A stretch of DNA of 64,000 nucleotides from Planctomycetota bacterium (GTDB taxonomy: Bacteria; Planctomycetota; UBA8108; UBA1146): positions 1 through 64,000 of the forward strand of contig JAYZBV010000065.1 in the NCBI GenBank assembly GCA_036338595.1, given 5' to 3'. The position numbers and the translations under genes were made by a program. Below are positions 1 to 11,885 of this stretch, piece by piece. The stretch's first letter is position 1. Every line of letters begins with the position of its first letter. The notes below the pieces were generated by a model. The model was not told where the DNA came from, did not search any database, and worked only from the letters and a program-made list of their open reading frames with translations.

Positions 1-396
1 GGTCACGATCAGGAAGAAGAGGATTCTATTCTTCCGTCCCAGTTGAGCCTCTCGAACCGCAAGAGCCATCGTCAACGAGGAGAAGAGAAGCACCATCGTG
101 TTGGTGGCTCCCCAGCGCTTGTCGAGGAAGTGGTGTCCCCACTCGAAGAGTTCCGGATTGTTGGCCTTGTAGACGGTGTAGAAGCAGAAGAGACCACCGA
201 ATAGAAGTACTTCCGTGGCCAGGAAGAGCCACATCCCCAGTTTGCCGGCCTCGAACTGTTGCTTCATCGTATCGAAGTGGTGTGCCTGGTACGGGGAGTG
301 ACCGTGACCATCCCCATGGCCATCATCACCACCATGGTGAGCGTCAACTGGTTGCGTCTGCGGGTCTGAATCGGTTGGATGTACGTCGTCGCTCAT
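1..396 (-). CDS. coxC: Cytochrome c oxidase subunit III (5' part; runs off the window edge)
   Basis: Not in the ORF track. Manual translation from ATG 396: MSDDVHPTDSD...HHFDTMKQQFEAGKLGMWLFLATEVLLFGGLF...WGATNTMVLLFSSLTMALAV, with the subunit III GMWxFLxxE and NTxVLLxSS motifs. GGGAGA RBS; directly follows subunit I. Confidence 0.93.
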   Translation of the reverse strand, partial: MSDDVHPTDSDPQTQPVDAHHGGDDGHGDGHGHSPYQAHHFDTMKQQFEAGKLGMWLFLATEVLLFGGLFCFYTVYKANNPELFEWGHHFLDKRWGATNTMVLLFSSLTMALAVREAQLGRKNRILFFLIVT

Positions 397-407
397 CGTT
401 TCTCCCG

Positions 408-2144
408 TCATTCTGAAGCCTTGGCCACCGGTTGGGTCTCGTAGTTACCAGTGGCCGGGTCGTACTCCAGATGCTCGAAGTCATACGGATCGGTGGCATC
501 CGGCACATCATGAAAGTTCAACAGAGGAGGTGGAGAAGTTGTGTGCCATTCGAGGCTATTACCACCCCAGGGATTTCTAGGGGCCTTCTTGCCGGAGGCC
601 AGTGACTGGATCAGGTAATACGCGGTCAGGAAGAAGCCCGCTGCCATGATGTAGGAACCGACGGTGGAAAGCTGGTGGTAACCTTCGAACTTGTCTGCGT
701 AGGTGTAGTAACGCCGCGGCATGCCCAGTGAGCCCATGACAAACTGCGGAATGAATGTCAGGTTGAATCCGATGAACACCAAGCCACAGGCGATTCTTCC
801 AAGGAACTCACTGAACATCTTGCCTGTCATCTTGGGCCACCAGTGGTGCAAGCCACCGACGAATGCAATGAGACCGCTTCCCATCATCACGTAGTGGAAG
901 TGTGCCACCACGAAGTAGGTGTCGTGGATGTGCGTGTCGATGCTGAGAACCGCGCAGAAGAGGCCGGTCAATCCACCGATGGTGAACAGGAAGATGAAGG
1001 AAAGCCCGTACAGCATCGCTGTATTGAGGGTAAGCGCGCCCTTGTACATCGTAGCGATCCAGTTGAAGACCTTGATGGCCGAGGGGATTCCCACCGAGAA
1101 GGTGATCCCGCTGAAGATGATGTTCATGGTGGTCGACTGCCCGCTGATGAACATGTGGTGTCCCCAGACGAGGAACGAGAAGATCGCGATCGCCACGGAA
1201 GAGAAGGCGATGTAGGTGTAACCAAAGATTCTCTTGTGACTGTGGACAGCGATCAACTCACTGATGATGCCCATCGGTGGCACGATCATGATGTAGACCG
1301 CCGGATGACTGTAAAACCAGAAGAAGTGCTGGAAGAGCACCGGGTCGCCACCATTTCGGGGATCGAAGATCCCGATCCCGAGAGTTCTCTCGAGGATCAG
1401 TAGCAACAAGGTGATTCCGAGAACCGGAGTGGCCAGCACCTGCATCACTGCCGTCGAGTAGGTCGCCCACAAGAACAGAGGCATCCTGAACCAGGTCATC
1501 CCCGGTGGCCGCATCTTGTGAATCGTCACGATGAAGTTGAGACCGGTGAAGATGCTGGAGAACCCGAGTATGAACACACCGACCAGCGCAGGGATCACAG
1601 CTGTCCCCGACTCCGCGCTGTAGGGTGTATAGAAGGTCCATCCTGTATCCAGCCCACCGGAGAAGAGTACATAGATGAAGAAAATCGCCCCGATCACCCA
1701 GAGGTAAAAGGAACCCAGATTCAATCTCGGGAATGCGACATCCTTGGCTCCCAGCAACAGCGGCAACACGAAGTTGCCGAGCGCCGCTGGCACCCCCGGG
1801 ATGATCACCAGGAACACCATGATGGCCCCATGAGTGGTGAACCATTTGTTGTAAAGATCTGCCTGTGCTTCGGCAGTATCGGCGAACAAAGGCGTGATCA
1901 GAGCCAGTGGTGAAAACAGTTCGGTCCTGAGGAGCAGAGCAAATACTCCGCCGAGCAAGAACATGAACAGGACGCCGATCAGGTACATCACCCCGATTCG
2001 TTTGTGGTCGAGCGTGAACGCCCAGGAGGCGATCGTTTTCGTCACGGTGAGATAACTGGGGCCGAGGTGCTCCTCAGTAGCGACCACTTGCGGCTCCGAC
2101 GCTATCCCGGTGTCGGGCTGTGCGTCCATTTCAGGCTGACTCAT
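408..2144 (-). CDS. coxA: Cytochrome c oxidase subunit I, A2-type heme-copper oxidase
   Basis: [32 protein letters not shown] (YSHP is the A2 signature), [24 protein letters not shown]. Confidence 0.97.
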   Translation of the reverse strand: MSQPEMDAQPDTGIASEPQVVATEEHLGPSYLTVTKTIASWAFTLDHKRIGVMYLIGVLFMFLLGGVFALLLRTELFSPLALITPLFADTAEAQADLYNKWFTTHGAIMVFLVIIPGVPAALGNFVLPLLLGAKDVAFPRLNLGSFYLWVIGAIFFIYVLFSGGLDTGWTFYTPYSAESGTAVIPALVGVFILGFSSIFTGLNFIVTIHKMRPPGMTWFRMPLFLWATYSTAVMQVLATPVLGITLLLLILERTLGIGIFDPRNGGDPVLFQHFFWFYSHPAVYIMIVPPMGIISELIAVHSHKRIFGYTYIAFSSVAIAIFSFLVWGHHMFISGQSTTMNIIFSGITFSVGIPSAIKVFNWIATMYKGALTLNTAMLYGLSFIFLFTIGGLTGLFCAVLSIDTHIHDTYFVVAHFHYVMMGSGLIAFVGGLHHWWPKMTGKMFSEFLGRIACGLVFIGFNLTFIPQFVMGSLGMPRRYYTYADKFEGYHQLSTVGSYIMAAGFFLTAYYLIQSLASGKKAPRNPWGGNSLEWHTTSPPPLLNFHDVPDATDPYDFEHLEYDPATGNYETQPVAKASE

Positions 2145-2145
2145 G

Positions 2146-3258
2146 CTAGTTCTCCTTCCGGGGATTTTCTGTCCCCCCGGAGTTCTGGCCCAAGGACTTG
2201 ATGTACTCGGTAACCCACAGGATTTCTTTATCGGTGAGTTTCACCACAGGCATCTGCGGTGGGTATCCATCTGCGACCCTGTTCATTGGAAATCGGATCG
2301 AATCTTCGATGTATGCTTCATCTGCGATCAACTCGCCAGGTGTTCCGATGGAGATAAATTTCCGCATCGATCCGAACATGCCTTTCCACGAGGGACCGAC
2401 CTTTTTCGTGCCATCGATACTGTGGCACGAGATACACCCCCGCCGCTTCCAGACGATCTTGCCGTTCTCATCGAAGGGCAGTGTTTCGTCATAGGAACCG
2501 GCGACCTCCAGCCACTTCTCGTATTCCTCGACCGTCTCGTGGACCACCACCTTGCTATGCATCCAGGAGTGGCCCTGCCCGCAGTACTCGGCGCAGAACA
2601 GGTCGTAGATCCCGGGTTCGTTGGCCACGAACCACAACTTTCCCGTCCTGCCGGGAACACAGTCCTTCTTGACGCGAAACGCAGGGATGAACAGGGAGTG
2701 CAGTACATCCGCAGCCATCACGGTGATGTCGATGGGCACTCCCATCGGAACATGAAGGCCCGCTTTTTCGAGGATCTTGTCCTCTTGCGCTGCCGCCTGT
2801 TCGCTCGTGAACTCACCAGACCTGACCTTTGCTCTCACGGAGTTGAAGTCATCGGACATGCCCGGAATGGAGGCTCCATTGGAAGCGTAGGAGAAGTTCC
2901 AGGCCCATTTCTGCGCCTCTGCCACGATGGAGATCGAATCGGCGGGAGGCGTTTGCATCGCCACATACCCTCGATATCCATACCAGAACATCATCAGCGA
3001 AAGAATCAGCGGGATTCCGGTCCAGACCACCTCGAGCAACAGGTGGTGGTCATTATGAGTCTGAGCCTGGCCCCCCGGAGGAGTTCGATACTTCCACATG
3101 AAGATCGCAAGCAGAGCAGTGATCAGTACGAGAAAGAAGATCGAGACCCAGTAGACGAAGTAGAAGTCCCAGTCGACTGGACCTGCGAAATTGGACACCG
3201 GCGCAGGAAGCCAGAAGCTCGGTTTACTCTGGGCCAGGATCGCCATCAGTGGATTCAT
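2146..3258 (-). CDS. coxB: Cytochrome c oxidase subunit II with C-terminal cytochrome c (caa3 type)
   Basis: Two TM helices, EVVWT, CuA ligands DVLHS...[13 protein letters not shown]-terminal CISCH heme c motif with a distal Met (QMP). Confidence 0.95.
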   Translation of the reverse strand: MNPLMAILAQSKPSFWLPAPVSNFAGPVDWDFYFVYWVSIFFLVLITALLAIFMWKYRTPPGGQAQTHNDHHLLLEVVWTGIPLILSLMMFWYGYRGYVAMQTPPADSISIVAEAQKWAWNFSYASNGASIPGMSDDFNSVRAKVRSGEFTSEQAAAQEDKILEKAGLHVPMGVPIDITVMAADVLHSLFIPAFRVKKDCVPGRTGKLWFVANEPGIYDLFCAEYCGQGHSWMHSKVVVHETVEEYEKWLEVAGSYDETLPFDENGKIVWKRRGCISCHSIDGTKKVGPSWKGMFGSMRKFISIGTPGELIADEAYIEDSIRFPMNRVADGYPPQMPVVKLTDKEILWVTEYIKSLGQNSGGTENPRKEN

Positions 3259-4217
3259 GACTGCAACTGCTCTCTCCGTGGATCCGAAGGTTTATCCGTT
3301 TCTCCACGCTGGGGTCCTTTTCGCCACAATCGGAGCAGGAAGCCACTCAATCCGAGGACTGCGAGTATCCCTCCCAGGCGCATCACCTTGAGAGCGGCAG
3401 GACCGTATTGAGCTATGGTTGGATCGTATACAAAACAGGTCAGGACAAAATCGTCTAGCCAGTTGCCGACCTTGCCGTCGGAAGCCTCGACCAGTGCCAG
3501 TCGGAGAGTCTGGGGATCGTATTCGATTCCCTTGATCGTCTGGGTGAGCACCGCATCCGGGCTGACGATGAAGATTCCTGCGCCGTGGGCGTACTCGTTA
3601 TTGAAGTCATTCCAGCGATACTCGAACCCTACAGAGTCGGCAATCGCCCTGAGCGAAGGTTCCTGACCCGTCAAGAAATGCCATCCGTCTCTGGCATTGG
3701 ACACATCGGATCCAGAAAGCACTGCCGATTCCTCCAGCGCCTCGACCAGCAACGACTCTCGGTTTCGGGCATCCCTTGCAGAATCACGCGGGTCAATGCT
3801 GAGTGTGATCACATCGAAATCGATGCCGATCTCGAGGCCACACTGCGCAACAGATTCCACCAGGCCTTCAACAACGAGATTGCAGAGCATCGGGCAGGAA
3901 AAATAAACCGGATTCAGGATCACAGGACGACCTGATTCGAACACCTTTCCCAGTGTTGTCTGTTCTCCCGATTCGCGACGGATGATTTGATCGAGCGGCA
4001 ACGGGTTGCCCAGCTGATCATGAATCGTCAGACCTTCGATCGATTTGAGCACTGGATCGAGGTCCTGATTGTAATTTTGTCCCGGAGTCATGGATGGGGT
4101 CTGTCCCATCAGTGTCGCAGACATCAACAGGGCGAGCAGGACCGATGCTGACGATGCACCACCCGGCGTCAGCCGGCTAGCGTCCATCACAGCCTGAATC
4201 AGTCTGTCGATCCGCAT
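3255..4217 (-). CDS. SCO/SenC-family copper chaperone
   Basis: YFSCPMLC CxxxC motif, SIDP, WHFLTG, YAH, C-terminal TM helix; lies between the ACIII and oxidase genes; AAGGAG RBS. Confidence 0.88.
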   Translation of the reverse strand: MRIDRLIQAVMDASRLTPGGASSASVLLALLMSATLMGQTPSMTPGQNYNQDLDPVLKSIEGLTIHDQLGNPLPLDQIIRRESGEQTTLGKVFESGRPVILNPVYFSCPMLCNLVVEGLVESVAQCGLEIGIDFDVITLSIDPRDSARDARNRESLLVEALEESAVLSGSDVSNARDGWHFLTGQEPSLRAIADSVGFEYRWNDFNNEYAHGAGIFIVSPDAVLTQTIKGIEYDPQTLRLALVEASDGKVGNWLDDFVLTCFVYDPTIAQYGPAALKVMRLGGILAVLGLSGFLLRLWRKGPQRGETDKPSDPRREQLQS

Positions 4218-4233
4218 CTCTACAAACTCCTTC

Positions 4234-4563
4234 TCATTGCTCCGAATTTCCGTACCTCTTCAGAACCTTTTCTCGGCCCTGATCGAGGGGAATGGAAACC
4301 CGGTTGTTCTCGATATCAGTCCAGGTATAGGTCTCAAGTTGCTGTACCTGCTTGCTCTTCACCTGATGGAGCCAGCGACTCTCTGCCTGGATCGACCTGT
4401 CAAACACATTGAGTTTTTCCATGTCCGAGAGGTAAACCAGCAAGTAGACGGAGAAGAGGAGAATCACCGCAAAAATGACGCCCCCGTACCATGTAGGAAT
4501 CGCGCTCGGGTCATCTCCGGAGCCGGGAAGATCCTTGGTACTGTCTGTCATTGTCTGACTCAT
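4234..4563 (-). CDS. Small single-TM protein, ActG-like ACIII accessory subunit
   Basis: ATG at 4563 (MSQTMTD) after AAAGGAG; one TM helix and a C-terminal LETYTW..RVSIPLDQ segment; lies after actF. Confidence 0.6.
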   Translation of the reverse strand: MSQTMTDSTKDLPGSGDDPSAIPTWYGGVIFAVILLFSVYLLVYLSDMEKLNVFDRSIQAESRWLHQVKSKQVQQLETYTWTDIENNRVSIPLDQGREKVLKRYGNSEQ

Positions 4564-4591
4564 CTCTGACTCCTTTCCATTCGACCCAAAA

Positions 4592-5959
4592 TCATGCGTT
4601 CTCGAACGCCAGCGACTCCGGCATTCTCGGATCCTTCTCGGCAATCAGCGAATGCCCTCGGAGCGACAGAGCCAGCCCGATGATGAAGAGTCCGCCCATT
4701 CCGATTGGAATCGTGATATCCACCATCTTGAACGGGAATTCAGTGCCGTTGGAGATCTGTGGCATCACGAGGTAGTACATATCTGCCCAGTGCATCGCGA
4801 GTACCCACATCGCTCCGAAAGCGATCGTTGCTCGCTTGCGTTTGATGTGCCTCGAGACCAGGAACAAGAACGGCACGAAGAAGTGCCCCACCACCATCAA
4901 CCAGCCCCAGAATCCCCACATCCAGGTACTCTGACGCCTGACGAACCAGATCGTCTCTTCAGGGATATTCGCGTACCAGTAGAGCATGTACTGACTGAAC
5001 GCGATGTAGGCCCAGAAGATGGTGAAGGCGAACATCATCTTGCCGATGTCTTGCATGTGCTCATCGGAAATCGCTCTGGTCAGCCGACCCTTGGCCTGCA
5101 ACCAGACCACGATCAGAGCCAGCAGCGCGTGGAATGAGAGCACACAGCCTGCGAAGATGTAGACCCCGAAAATGGTACTGAACCAGTGCGCATCGAGACT
5201 CATCAACAGATCGTATCCTGCAAAGGTGATACTCAGTGCGAAGAGAGCCACTCCCAGGGGACTGATCCTGCTCAGTCGACTGCTGCGCTGCACATCCCCG
5301 TCGCGGTCCTGGGCCACGGATGAACGGTGGTAACTCCAGGCAAAAACTATCCAGATGAAAAAGTACACGCCCATGCGAATCAGGAACCAGTTGTAATCCA
5401 GGTACGATGACTTCACCGAGATGATCTCGTCGCCGGGATCGGGATGCACCCACTTGTAGAGAGATCCCATCGGCCCTGGCATCACGAGCGGACAGAAGAT
5501 CAGCGCCATCAACACGACATTTCTCGAGACTCCCTCAGCCAACCTTCTCACCACTGCACTCCAACCGGCGTTGGTGATGTGGTGGACCAGCACGAAGAAG
5601 AGCCCACCGAGTGTCATGGTGAGGAAGAAACAAGCGCTCACCAGGTACGGGTGCCAGATGCTCCACTCGGTATTGAATCCATGGATCGGGCCGTGATGAA
5701 CCGCATCGGACTCGCCATCGGTGGATCCATGACCGTCATCGACAACAGGCACCGCATCTCCATCGGTGGCGGCTTGCTGCTGGGACGGTTCTCCCCCTCC
5801 AGTGCCTTCGGCATCGAAAGCCCCTTCCAGGGAGCCAAGGATCACGGTGCCAACGATGCCGACCACCGCCATCACCGCTCCTAGCGCAATCAACTTGCCG
5901 GAGAGACTACCGAGAGTGCGGTTCTCGGTGCTGAGATCTACGGTTGTACCGTGTCCCAT
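4592..5959 (-). CDS. actF: Alternative complex III subunit ActF
   Basis: Multi-TM; AGWSAVVRRLAE, DLLMSLDAHWFSTIFG, HMQDIGK, WAYIAFSQYMLYWYANIPEET. Confidence 0.92.
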   Translation of the reverse strand: MGHGTTVDLSTENRTLGSLSGKLIALGAVMAVVGIVGTVILGSLEGAFDAEGTGGGEPSQQQAATDGDAVPVVDDGHGSTDGESDAVHHGPIHGFNTEWSIWHPYLVSACFFLTMTLGGLFFVLVHHITNAGWSAVVRRLAEGVSRNVVLMALIFCPLVMPGPMGSLYKWVHPDPGDEIISVKSSYLDYNWFLIRMGVYFFIWIVFAWSYHRSSVAQDRDGDVQRSSRLSRISPLGVALFALSITFAGYDLLMSLDAHWFSTIFGVYIFAGCVLSFHALLALIVVWLQAKGRLTRAISDEHMQDIGKMMFAFTIFWAYIAFSQYMLYWYANIPEETIWFVRRQSTWMWGFWGWLMVVGHFFVPFLFLVSRHIKRKRATIAFGAMWVLAMHWADMYYLVMPQISNGTEFPFKMVDITIPIGMGGLFIIGLALSLRGHSLIAEKDPRMPESLAFENA

Positions 5960-5964
5960 CGTGC

Positions 5965-6711
5965 CTACCTCCCCTGCCGGGAGTCGCTCCCGGTTTCTTT
6001 TTTCGGCTCGGAGCCGCCATCGCCCAAGAGCGCCTTCTCGCGAAGCAATCGTTCTCTGTCTGCTTGTGGGATCTCGGCGATGTCGATCGATTGGCTCATT
6101 TGCAGCGCCTTGACATGGGCAACGATGGCCCAGCGATCCTGAGGAGAGATCTGTGAACGATATCCGGGCATCGTGTTGATCCCGTAGCCGGTGATGTTGA
6201 AGATCTCACCAATCGGGTGGGCCAGTCCTTTTTCGGATGACAGATCCGAGACGAGCCAGGCTCCGTACTCGGAAGCTTCTGCGCGACGGCTCACCATTCC
6301 ATCTCCATGGCCAGACATCCCGTGACAGGGAATACAGTAGATGTTGAAGCGAGCCTCACCCCGAGCCAGCAATTCTGAATTGACCCGCACATCGGCAGGA
6401 AACTCCGTCGCCCACTCGCCGTCGATGGTGCCCCAGGTGTAATGCTCATCCAGAGAGAGTTCGCCGCGTGCCACGGTTCCTGGCACAGGTAACCGCATCG
6501 ATCGCCCGTCGGCGAAGAGTGGATTGGCACTCTGTGCCTTGAACTTTTGCTGCTGGTCCATGTCGTAAAAGACATGCAGCCTGGTCAGGCGAGAAGTTGC
6601 ATAGCGAGTCTTCGCCACCAGCATCGGAGGAACCAGCAGTGCCAGGTTCACCAGGATGATCAGCGAAATGATCCAACCCGGAACACTGGTTTCGCGAGTG
6701 GGTAATGCCAT
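5965..6711 (-). CDS. actE: Alternative complex III monoheme cytochrome c subunit ActE
   Basis: DMDQQQKFKAQ, FADGRSMRLPVPGTVARG, CIPCH, MPGY, DRWAIVAHV; operon position. Confidence 0.9.
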   Translation of the reverse strand: MALPTRETSVPGWIISLIILVNLALLVPPMLVAKTRYATSRLTRLHVFYDMDQQQKFKAQSANPLFADGRSMRLPVPGTVARGELSLDEHYTWGTIDGEWATEFPADVRVNSELLARGEARFNIYCIPCHGMSGHGDGMVSRRAEASEYGAWLVSDLSSEKGLAHPIGEIFNITGYGINTMPGYRSQISPQDRWAIVAHVKALQMSQSIDIAEIPQADRERLLREKALLGDGGSEPKKETGSDSRQGR

Positions 6712-6715
6712 GGTG

Positions 6716-7306
6716 TTACTCCTCGATCACTTCCACGGCACTGGCGCCGAGTTCTTGCAGAAGCCTGGAGTTGGAATCGATGTCGAACTGCCGATCACGC
6801 CCGTCGATGCTGATGAAGAATCGATCTGCAGTGGCACGACGGAAGCGATCGCTACGGAAATGAGGTCTGTAGAGACGAGGCAAACCGTTGAGAAGCAACA
6901 TTCCACCAAATGAGGCGAATGCACTGAACAGGATGGTCATCTCGAAGGCGACCGGGATACTCGCTGGGATGCTGAAAAATGGCTTTCCGCTGATCAGGAA
7001 CGGATAATCGATGGCGTTCATCCAGCCCTGCATCAACAAGCCACCGGAAAAGCCAAGGAAGCCTCCGCACAGGACGATCCAGGGTAACAGCGTCGGCTTC
7101 ACCCCCATCGCTGCATCGAGACCGTGGACAGGGTAGGGAGTATGGCAATCCCACAATTTGAAGCCCTTGTCCCGGACTTCTGCGGCCGCCTCCATCAGTC
7201 CATCGGCAGTGGCGAACTCTGCCAGCATCAACACCGGCTTCGGATCGATGGCCGTCTCTGCCGTGATCGTCTCGACGCCGTTTGAGCTGTTCATCTGTGA
7301 TTCCAT
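6716..7306 (-). CDS. actD: Alternative complex III subunit ActD (DUF3341)
   Basis: DCHTPYPVHGLDAAMG, YPFLISGKPFFS, PVAFEMTILF; start reassigned to ATG 7306 just after the actC stop. Confidence 0.9.
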   Translation of the reverse strand: MESQMNSSNGVETITAETAIDPKPVLMLAEFATADGLMEAAAEVRDKGFKLWDCHTPYPVHGLDAAMGVKPTLLPWIVLCGGFLGFSGGLLMQGWMNAIDYPFLISGKPFFSIPASIPVAFEMTILFSAFASFGGMLLLNGLPRLYRPHFRSDRFRRATADRFFISIDGRDRQFDIDSNSRLLQELGASAVEVIEE

Positions 7307-7317
7307 CTCTGCCCCCC

Positions 7318-8811
7318 CTACGATTCCGCGGCGGGCTTCGCCGCCGATTCCGGGGAAGGTTGTTGATGGGCACGCGCCTTCGCTTGTGCCTGCTCTGCGA
7401 GCACCCCCCTCACCTCGCTCATGGCGATGAAGGGAAGGAATCTGCAGAACAGTGCGAACAAGGTGAAGAAGAGCCCGAATGCACCGAGCAAGATCATCAC
7501 ATCCGCGAGTTTGGGACTGTAATAGTCCCACGCACTGGTCGTGAATTCATTGGCAAGGCTTGTCACCGTGATGACGAATCGCTCGAACCACATGCCGATA
7601 TTCACGAAGATGCTGACTATGAACATCACCCAGATATTGGTTCTCATCTTCTTGAACCAGAAGATCTGAGGCGACAGCACATTACAGGAAACCATGATCC
7701 AGTAGGCCCAGGCGTACTGGCCAAAGGCTCTGTTGATGAAGGCGAATTTCTCCACCTTCACACCGCCATACCAGGCCATGAAGAACTCCTGAGAGTAGGC
7801 GTATCCGACCAGCATGCCGGTGAGCATGATGATCTTGTTCATGTTTTCGAGGTGCTTGAGGGTGATCACATCCTTGAGCCCGAAAAGCTGTCGAGCAGGC
7901 ACAAGCAAGGTCATCACCATCGCGAAGCCACTGAAGATGGCTCCCGCAACGAAATAGGGCGGGAAGATCGTCGTGTGCCAGCCGGGAATCTGCGAGACCG
8001 CGAAGTCGAAGGACACCACGGAGTGCACCGATAGCACCAGCGGAGTGGCCAGAGCTGCCAGCAGCAGATAGGAACGCTCGTAGACATGCCACTGGCGATT
8101 GGACCCGGTCCAACCGAGCGAAAGAGCGCCATAGGCGACCTTGCGCACGGTGTGCTTGGCCCGATCCCGTAGCGTCGCGAGATCCGGGATCATTCCCATG
8201 TACCAGAACAACAACGAGACGGTGAAGTAGGTTCCGACGGCAAATACATCCCACACCAATGGACTGCGGAAGTTGGGCCACAATTCCATCTGGTTCGGCA
8301 ATGGAAACATCCAGTATGCGAACCAGGCTCGCCCGACGTGGATCCCCGGGAACATTCCAGCGCAGATCACGGCAAAGATGGTCATCGCTTCTGCAGCACG
8401 GTTGATGGATGTACGCCACTTCTGTCGAAACAGGAACAGGATTGCAGAGATCAGCGTGCCTGCGTGGCCGATTCCGACCCAGAACACGAAGTTCACGATG
8501 GCATAGCCCCAGCCAACAGGATTGTTGACTCCCCAGGTCCCCACTCCCCAGAAGATCAGGAATGGAACGAATACACCGAGTAATCCAAGCACCGAGAAAG
8601 CCAGCAGAAAGAAGCCCCACCAGCCGATCGTGGGCTTGTCCTCGACGATCCCGCACACCTTGTCGGTGATGGTCGTGTTGTCATTGTCTCCGGTGATGAG
8701 CGGGGTACGGCTATCTGGAGAGTACGCCGTATTATCGATTTCTGGACTCTCCGCGCCCCCGGTCAATTCGGGCCTGACGATCGGACTCAGCGTTTCGAGG
8801 AGTCGTTTCAT
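7318..8811 (-). CDS. actC: Alternative complex III quinol-oxidising subunit ActC (NrfD/PsrC family)
   Basis: [76 protein letters not shown]. Confidence 0.96.
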   Translation of the reverse strand: MKRLLETLSPIVRPELTGGAESPEIDNTAYSPDSRTPLITGDNDNTTITDKVCGIVEDKPTIGWWGFFLLAFSVLGLLGVFVPFLIFWGVGTWGVNNPVGWGYAIVNFVFWVGIGHAGTLISAILFLFRQKWRTSINRAAEAMTIFAVICAGMFPGIHVGRAWFAYWMFPLPNQMELWPNFRSPLVWDVFAVGTYFTVSLLFWYMGMIPDLATLRDRAKHTVRKVAYGALSLGWTGSNRQWHVYERSYLLLAALATPLVLSVHSVVSFDFAVSQIPGWHTTIFPPYFVAGAIFSGFAMVMTLLVPARQLFGLKDVITLKHLENMNKIIMLTGMLVGYAYSQEFFMAWYGGVKVEKFAFINRAFGQYAWAYWIMVSCNVLSPQIFWFKKMRTNIWVMFIVSIFVNIGMWFERFVITVTSLANEFTTSAWDYYSPKLADVMILLGAFGLFFTLFALFCRFLPFIAMSEVRGVLAEQAQAKARAHQQPSPESAAKPAAES

Positions 8812-8816
8812 ATCAG

Positions 8817-11800
8817 TTACCCCTCATCCCGCACCGAGTTGTTGCGCAGTTTGGCAAGGAAACTGGTTCGCGGTTTGACATTCAATTCGGCGAGCATCTT
8901 GTAAGCCCGATGCGACTTCTGAGTACGAGAAACCTGACTATCCGGGTCAGCGAGATCGCCGAAGGTGATCGCATGTGTCGGACAGGATTGCGCACACGCT
9001 GGCAGCACATCCCCATCGACCATCTCTCGATCCTCATTCTTGGCCTTGATCTTGGAACTATTGATCCGTTGAACGCAATAGGTGCACTTCTCCATCACCC
9101 CCCGTGCCCGGATGGTGACTTCAGGGTTGTAACCCATCTGCTCCGTCGCACTGGGATTCTTGGTGTTGTTGAAGTAGTTGAATCGGCGCACCTTGTAAGG
9201 GCAGTTGTTGCTGCAATACCGGGTGCCGATGCAACGATTGTAGACCATGTCATTGAGGCCCTCTTCATTGTGAACGGTCGCCGCCACCGGGCAGACCTGT
9301 TCACAGGGCGCATTTTCACACTGATTGCAGGTGAGAGGCTGGTGTACCACCTCCGGATTATCGACATCCTCACCCATGAAGTAGCGATCGATGCGTATCC
9401 AGTGCATCTCTCGACCGTAGGCGACCTCATCCTTGCCCACCACCGCGATGTTGTTCTCCGCCTGACACGCAACCACGCAAGAACTACACCCGGTGCAGAG
9501 ATTCAGGTCGATCGACATCGCCCATCGGTGACTGGTGTACTCGTGTTCCTTCCATGGACTCACCAGATCAGGGTGGTGAGGTCCCGCGGCAGTGACTTGC
9601 TTTGCGACTTCGCCGGCATCTGGAGTGGAATCGCAATCCACAACACGCACATATTCGCCCGCTCGACGTTGCTCCTCGTTGAACTCCAGATCTCCCATGA
9701 ACTCGTCGGGGCGTATCGGATTGTGATCCTGGGTCGTGGCCAGTTCGTAGGTTCCTCCCGAGCGAGACACGCTCACGGAGGCAAAGCCTGCCCTCAAGGC
9801 AGCCGCGTTGCGAAGCCGATAGGTATCGAAGCCGACCCCATCGGCGATCTGGTAGATGGATGGTTTGCGTGACAGGCGTCCTGCGGCGCGATCCGAGATC
9901 AAGCGGCCGTATCCAAGCGCCACTCCGATGGTGTCCTGGTTCTGTCCCGGCAGGACAAATACCGCCATCTCGAGACTCTCCCCCGCCACGGTGAGGTCCA
10001 CCATGTCGCCATTCTTGACCCCGAGTTCGGACGCCAGAAGTGGGGATATCATGGCGCAATTGTCCCAGGCGACCTTGGTCACCGGATCCGGCAGTTCCTG
10101 AAGCCAGCCATTGTTGGCATGGCGGCCATCGAAACGGGAGTGATCGGGCAGGAAGACGATTTCCTTGCCTCCCACCGACTGCATCGAGGCTTCCAGCGCC
10201 GCTCCCCAGCCCCCACGGATATCGGGAGCGACATCGACGGCATTCGAGGTCTCGGCGATGAAGCCATCGTGCAACCACTGCTTCCAGGAACCTTCGAAGT
10301 CGGATGAAGCCATCGGGCGCAGATATTCTCTCACGATATCGTGACCCGATTTCATCTCGTCATCGACGACTGCGCTGACCACTTCGATGGCACTTCGCCC
10401 CGAGTACAGGGGAGCGATGAGAGGTTGCCGCAGCGTCACGGTGCCATCCCAGCTGCGGCCGTCTCCCCATTCTTCGAGGAAGTGAGTCTGATTGAGATGC
10501 CACTGGCACGCTCGCGCAGTCTCATCCTCGTACAGTCCAAGGTGTATCGAGTGGGGAACCTGGCCGATCAACTCTGACCATGACTGCCCCAACTGGGGGG
10601 CGTCATAGACGGGGTTGACCCCTAGCATCAGCAGAGTCTCGACCTCACCCGCACGAATGCGGTCGGCGAGGAGTTGAAGGTCGTCGATGTGCTCAGGTCG
10701 CTCTCCGTGAGAGACCTCAGCATATCTGAGTACTTTTCCGGCAGCTCCAAGAGCGATGTTCATGGCATGGACAAGAGCATGGACTGCGGGTGGTTGACGG
10801 TCCCCCGCCATCACCAGACAGGCTCCCTGGTGGGCGACCAGGTCATCTGCCATCCGCTGGATGCGCCCGTCGCTGGGAGCAGTGACGGAGCCAACGCTGC
10901 TCGCCACATCTGCAGGCAGCGAGACTCCGGTGGCCGCCGCCAACTGGGCCGCGATCTTGGGTATGTCGGATGTCCGTGCCGGGATCCTGACATCCGCAGC
11001 ACCCCCCGTCACCGACAGTGTGCTCTCCACCGCCCAGACCCTGGACAGAATCGGTTCGTCATCGTCTGCGGAGGTACGTAGCGCCGCCCAGCCACTGCTG
11101 TGGCGTAGACTCGCCGGATGATTCATCAAGGGATCGGCATCGAGGCAAACCAGCACCCTGGCGGAAGAGAGGTCTGCCACCGGTCGCATCGGTCTGCCAA
11201 ATACCTGAGCGGTTCCTGTACGTTCAGAATCGCGATTCACCGGCGCCCACTCGTGCCAGGATGACTCCGGCACTTCTCGCAGAAGACGCTTTCGCATCGC
11301 CTGGTGTGCGATCGAAGAACTGGGAGCCGCCAGCACGGAGACCTTGCCAGATCTTCCTGCATTTCTGATCACCTCGATCGCCTGGTCCCAGTCTCCAGCG
11401 ACTCGGCCAGCCGATTGCGCATGGGTGGGTTCGGTGCTCCTGCCCGGGTCATACATCCCCAGAACACTCGCCTGCATCTGCGAGGTGGAAGATCCACGGT
11501 GATCGGGATGATCGCCGTTGCCATCGACACGGATCGGCCTGCCATCGTAACTGGTGACCAGAACTCCCTCGGCAACCTCCTGCTGCTCCCAGCAGGATGC
11601 ATAGGTTTCCGGCACACCGGGAGCCTGCCCCGCAGGACGGCTGGTATGGGGAAGAATCTTTTGTGTGGGCCAGTGACAACCGGCCAACCCTCCCGCCAGC
11701 GCCATCGAAGCGCCCATCACCTTGAGGAAATGTCGCCTCGAGGTGGACGTGAACAGTTCGGGCGCATGGTTCGGGAACTCCTTCTCGACCAGAGCTCGGA

Positions 11801-11885
11801 ATTCAGGAGTATCCGCGTACTCGTCGAGACTACGCCAGAGAGCTTTACCCTGTTGGGGCTCGTGCTGTTCTTTTATCGATGACAT
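8817..11885 (-). CDS. actB: Alternative complex III subunit ActB (molybdopterin-oxidoreductase-like domain fused to an Fe-S domain)
   Basis: WRSLDE, Tat motif SRRHFLK then lipobox-like [16 protein letters not shown]; Fe-S motifs [39 protein letters not shown]...CAQSC. Start set at ATG 11885. Confidence 0.95.
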   Translation of the reverse strand: MSSIKEQHEPQQGKALWRSLDEYADTPEFRALVEKEFPNHAPELFTSTSRRHFLKVMGASMALAGGLAGCHWPTQKILPHTSRPAGQAPGVPETYASCWEQQEVAEGVLVTSYDGRPIRVDGNGDHPDHRGSSTSQMQASVLGMYDPGRSTEPTHAQSAGRVAGDWDQAIEVIRNAGRSGKVSVLAAPSSSIAHQAMRKRLLREVPESSWHEWAPVNRDSERTGTAQVFGRPMRPVADLSSARVLVCLDADPLMNHPASLRHSSGWAALRTSADDDEPILSRVWAVESTLSVTGGAADVRIPARTSDIPKIAAQLAAATGVSLPADVASSVGSVTAPSDGRIQRMADDLVAHQGACLVMAGDRQPPAVHALVHAMNIALGAAGKVLRYAEVSHGERPEHIDDLQLLADRIRAGEVETLLMLGVNPVYDAPQLGQSWSELIGQVPHSIHLGLYEDETARACQWHLNQTHFLEEWGDGRSWDGTVTLRQPLIAPLYSGRSAIEVVSAVVDDEMKSGHDIVREYLRPMASSDFEGSWKQWLHDGFIAETSNAVDVAPDIRGGWGAALEASMQSVGGKEIVFLPDHSRFDGRHANNGWLQELPDPVTKVAWDNCAMISPLLASELGVKNGDMVDLTVAGESLEMAVFVLPGQNQDTIGVALGYGRLISDRAAGRLSRKPSIYQIADGVGFDTYRLRNAAALRAGFASVSVSRSGGTYELATTQDHNPIRPDEFMGDLEFNEEQRRAGEYVRVVDCDSTPDAGEVAKQVTAAGPHHPDLVSPWKEHEYTSHRWAMSIDLNLCTGCSSCVVACQAENNIAVVGKDEVAYGREMHWIRIDRYFMGEDVDNPEVVHQPLTCNQCENAPCEQVCPVAATVHNEEGLNDMVYNRCIGTRYCSNNCPYKVRRFNYFNNTKNPSATEQMGYNPEVTIRARGVMEKCTYCVQRINSSKIKAKNEDREMVDGDVLPACAQSCPTHAITFGDLADPDSQVSRTQKSHRAYKMLAELNVKPRTSFLAKLRNNSVRDEG

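Noticed and set aside
26..232. 68-aa ORF suggesting a frameshifted coxC
   Set aside because: The coxC frame from 396 is open to the window edge; the short ORF is an alternative frame.
8817..11885. ActB as an active molybdoenzyme client of XdhC
   Set aside because: ACIII ActB is known not to bind molybdopterin and belongs to a different family from XdhC clients.
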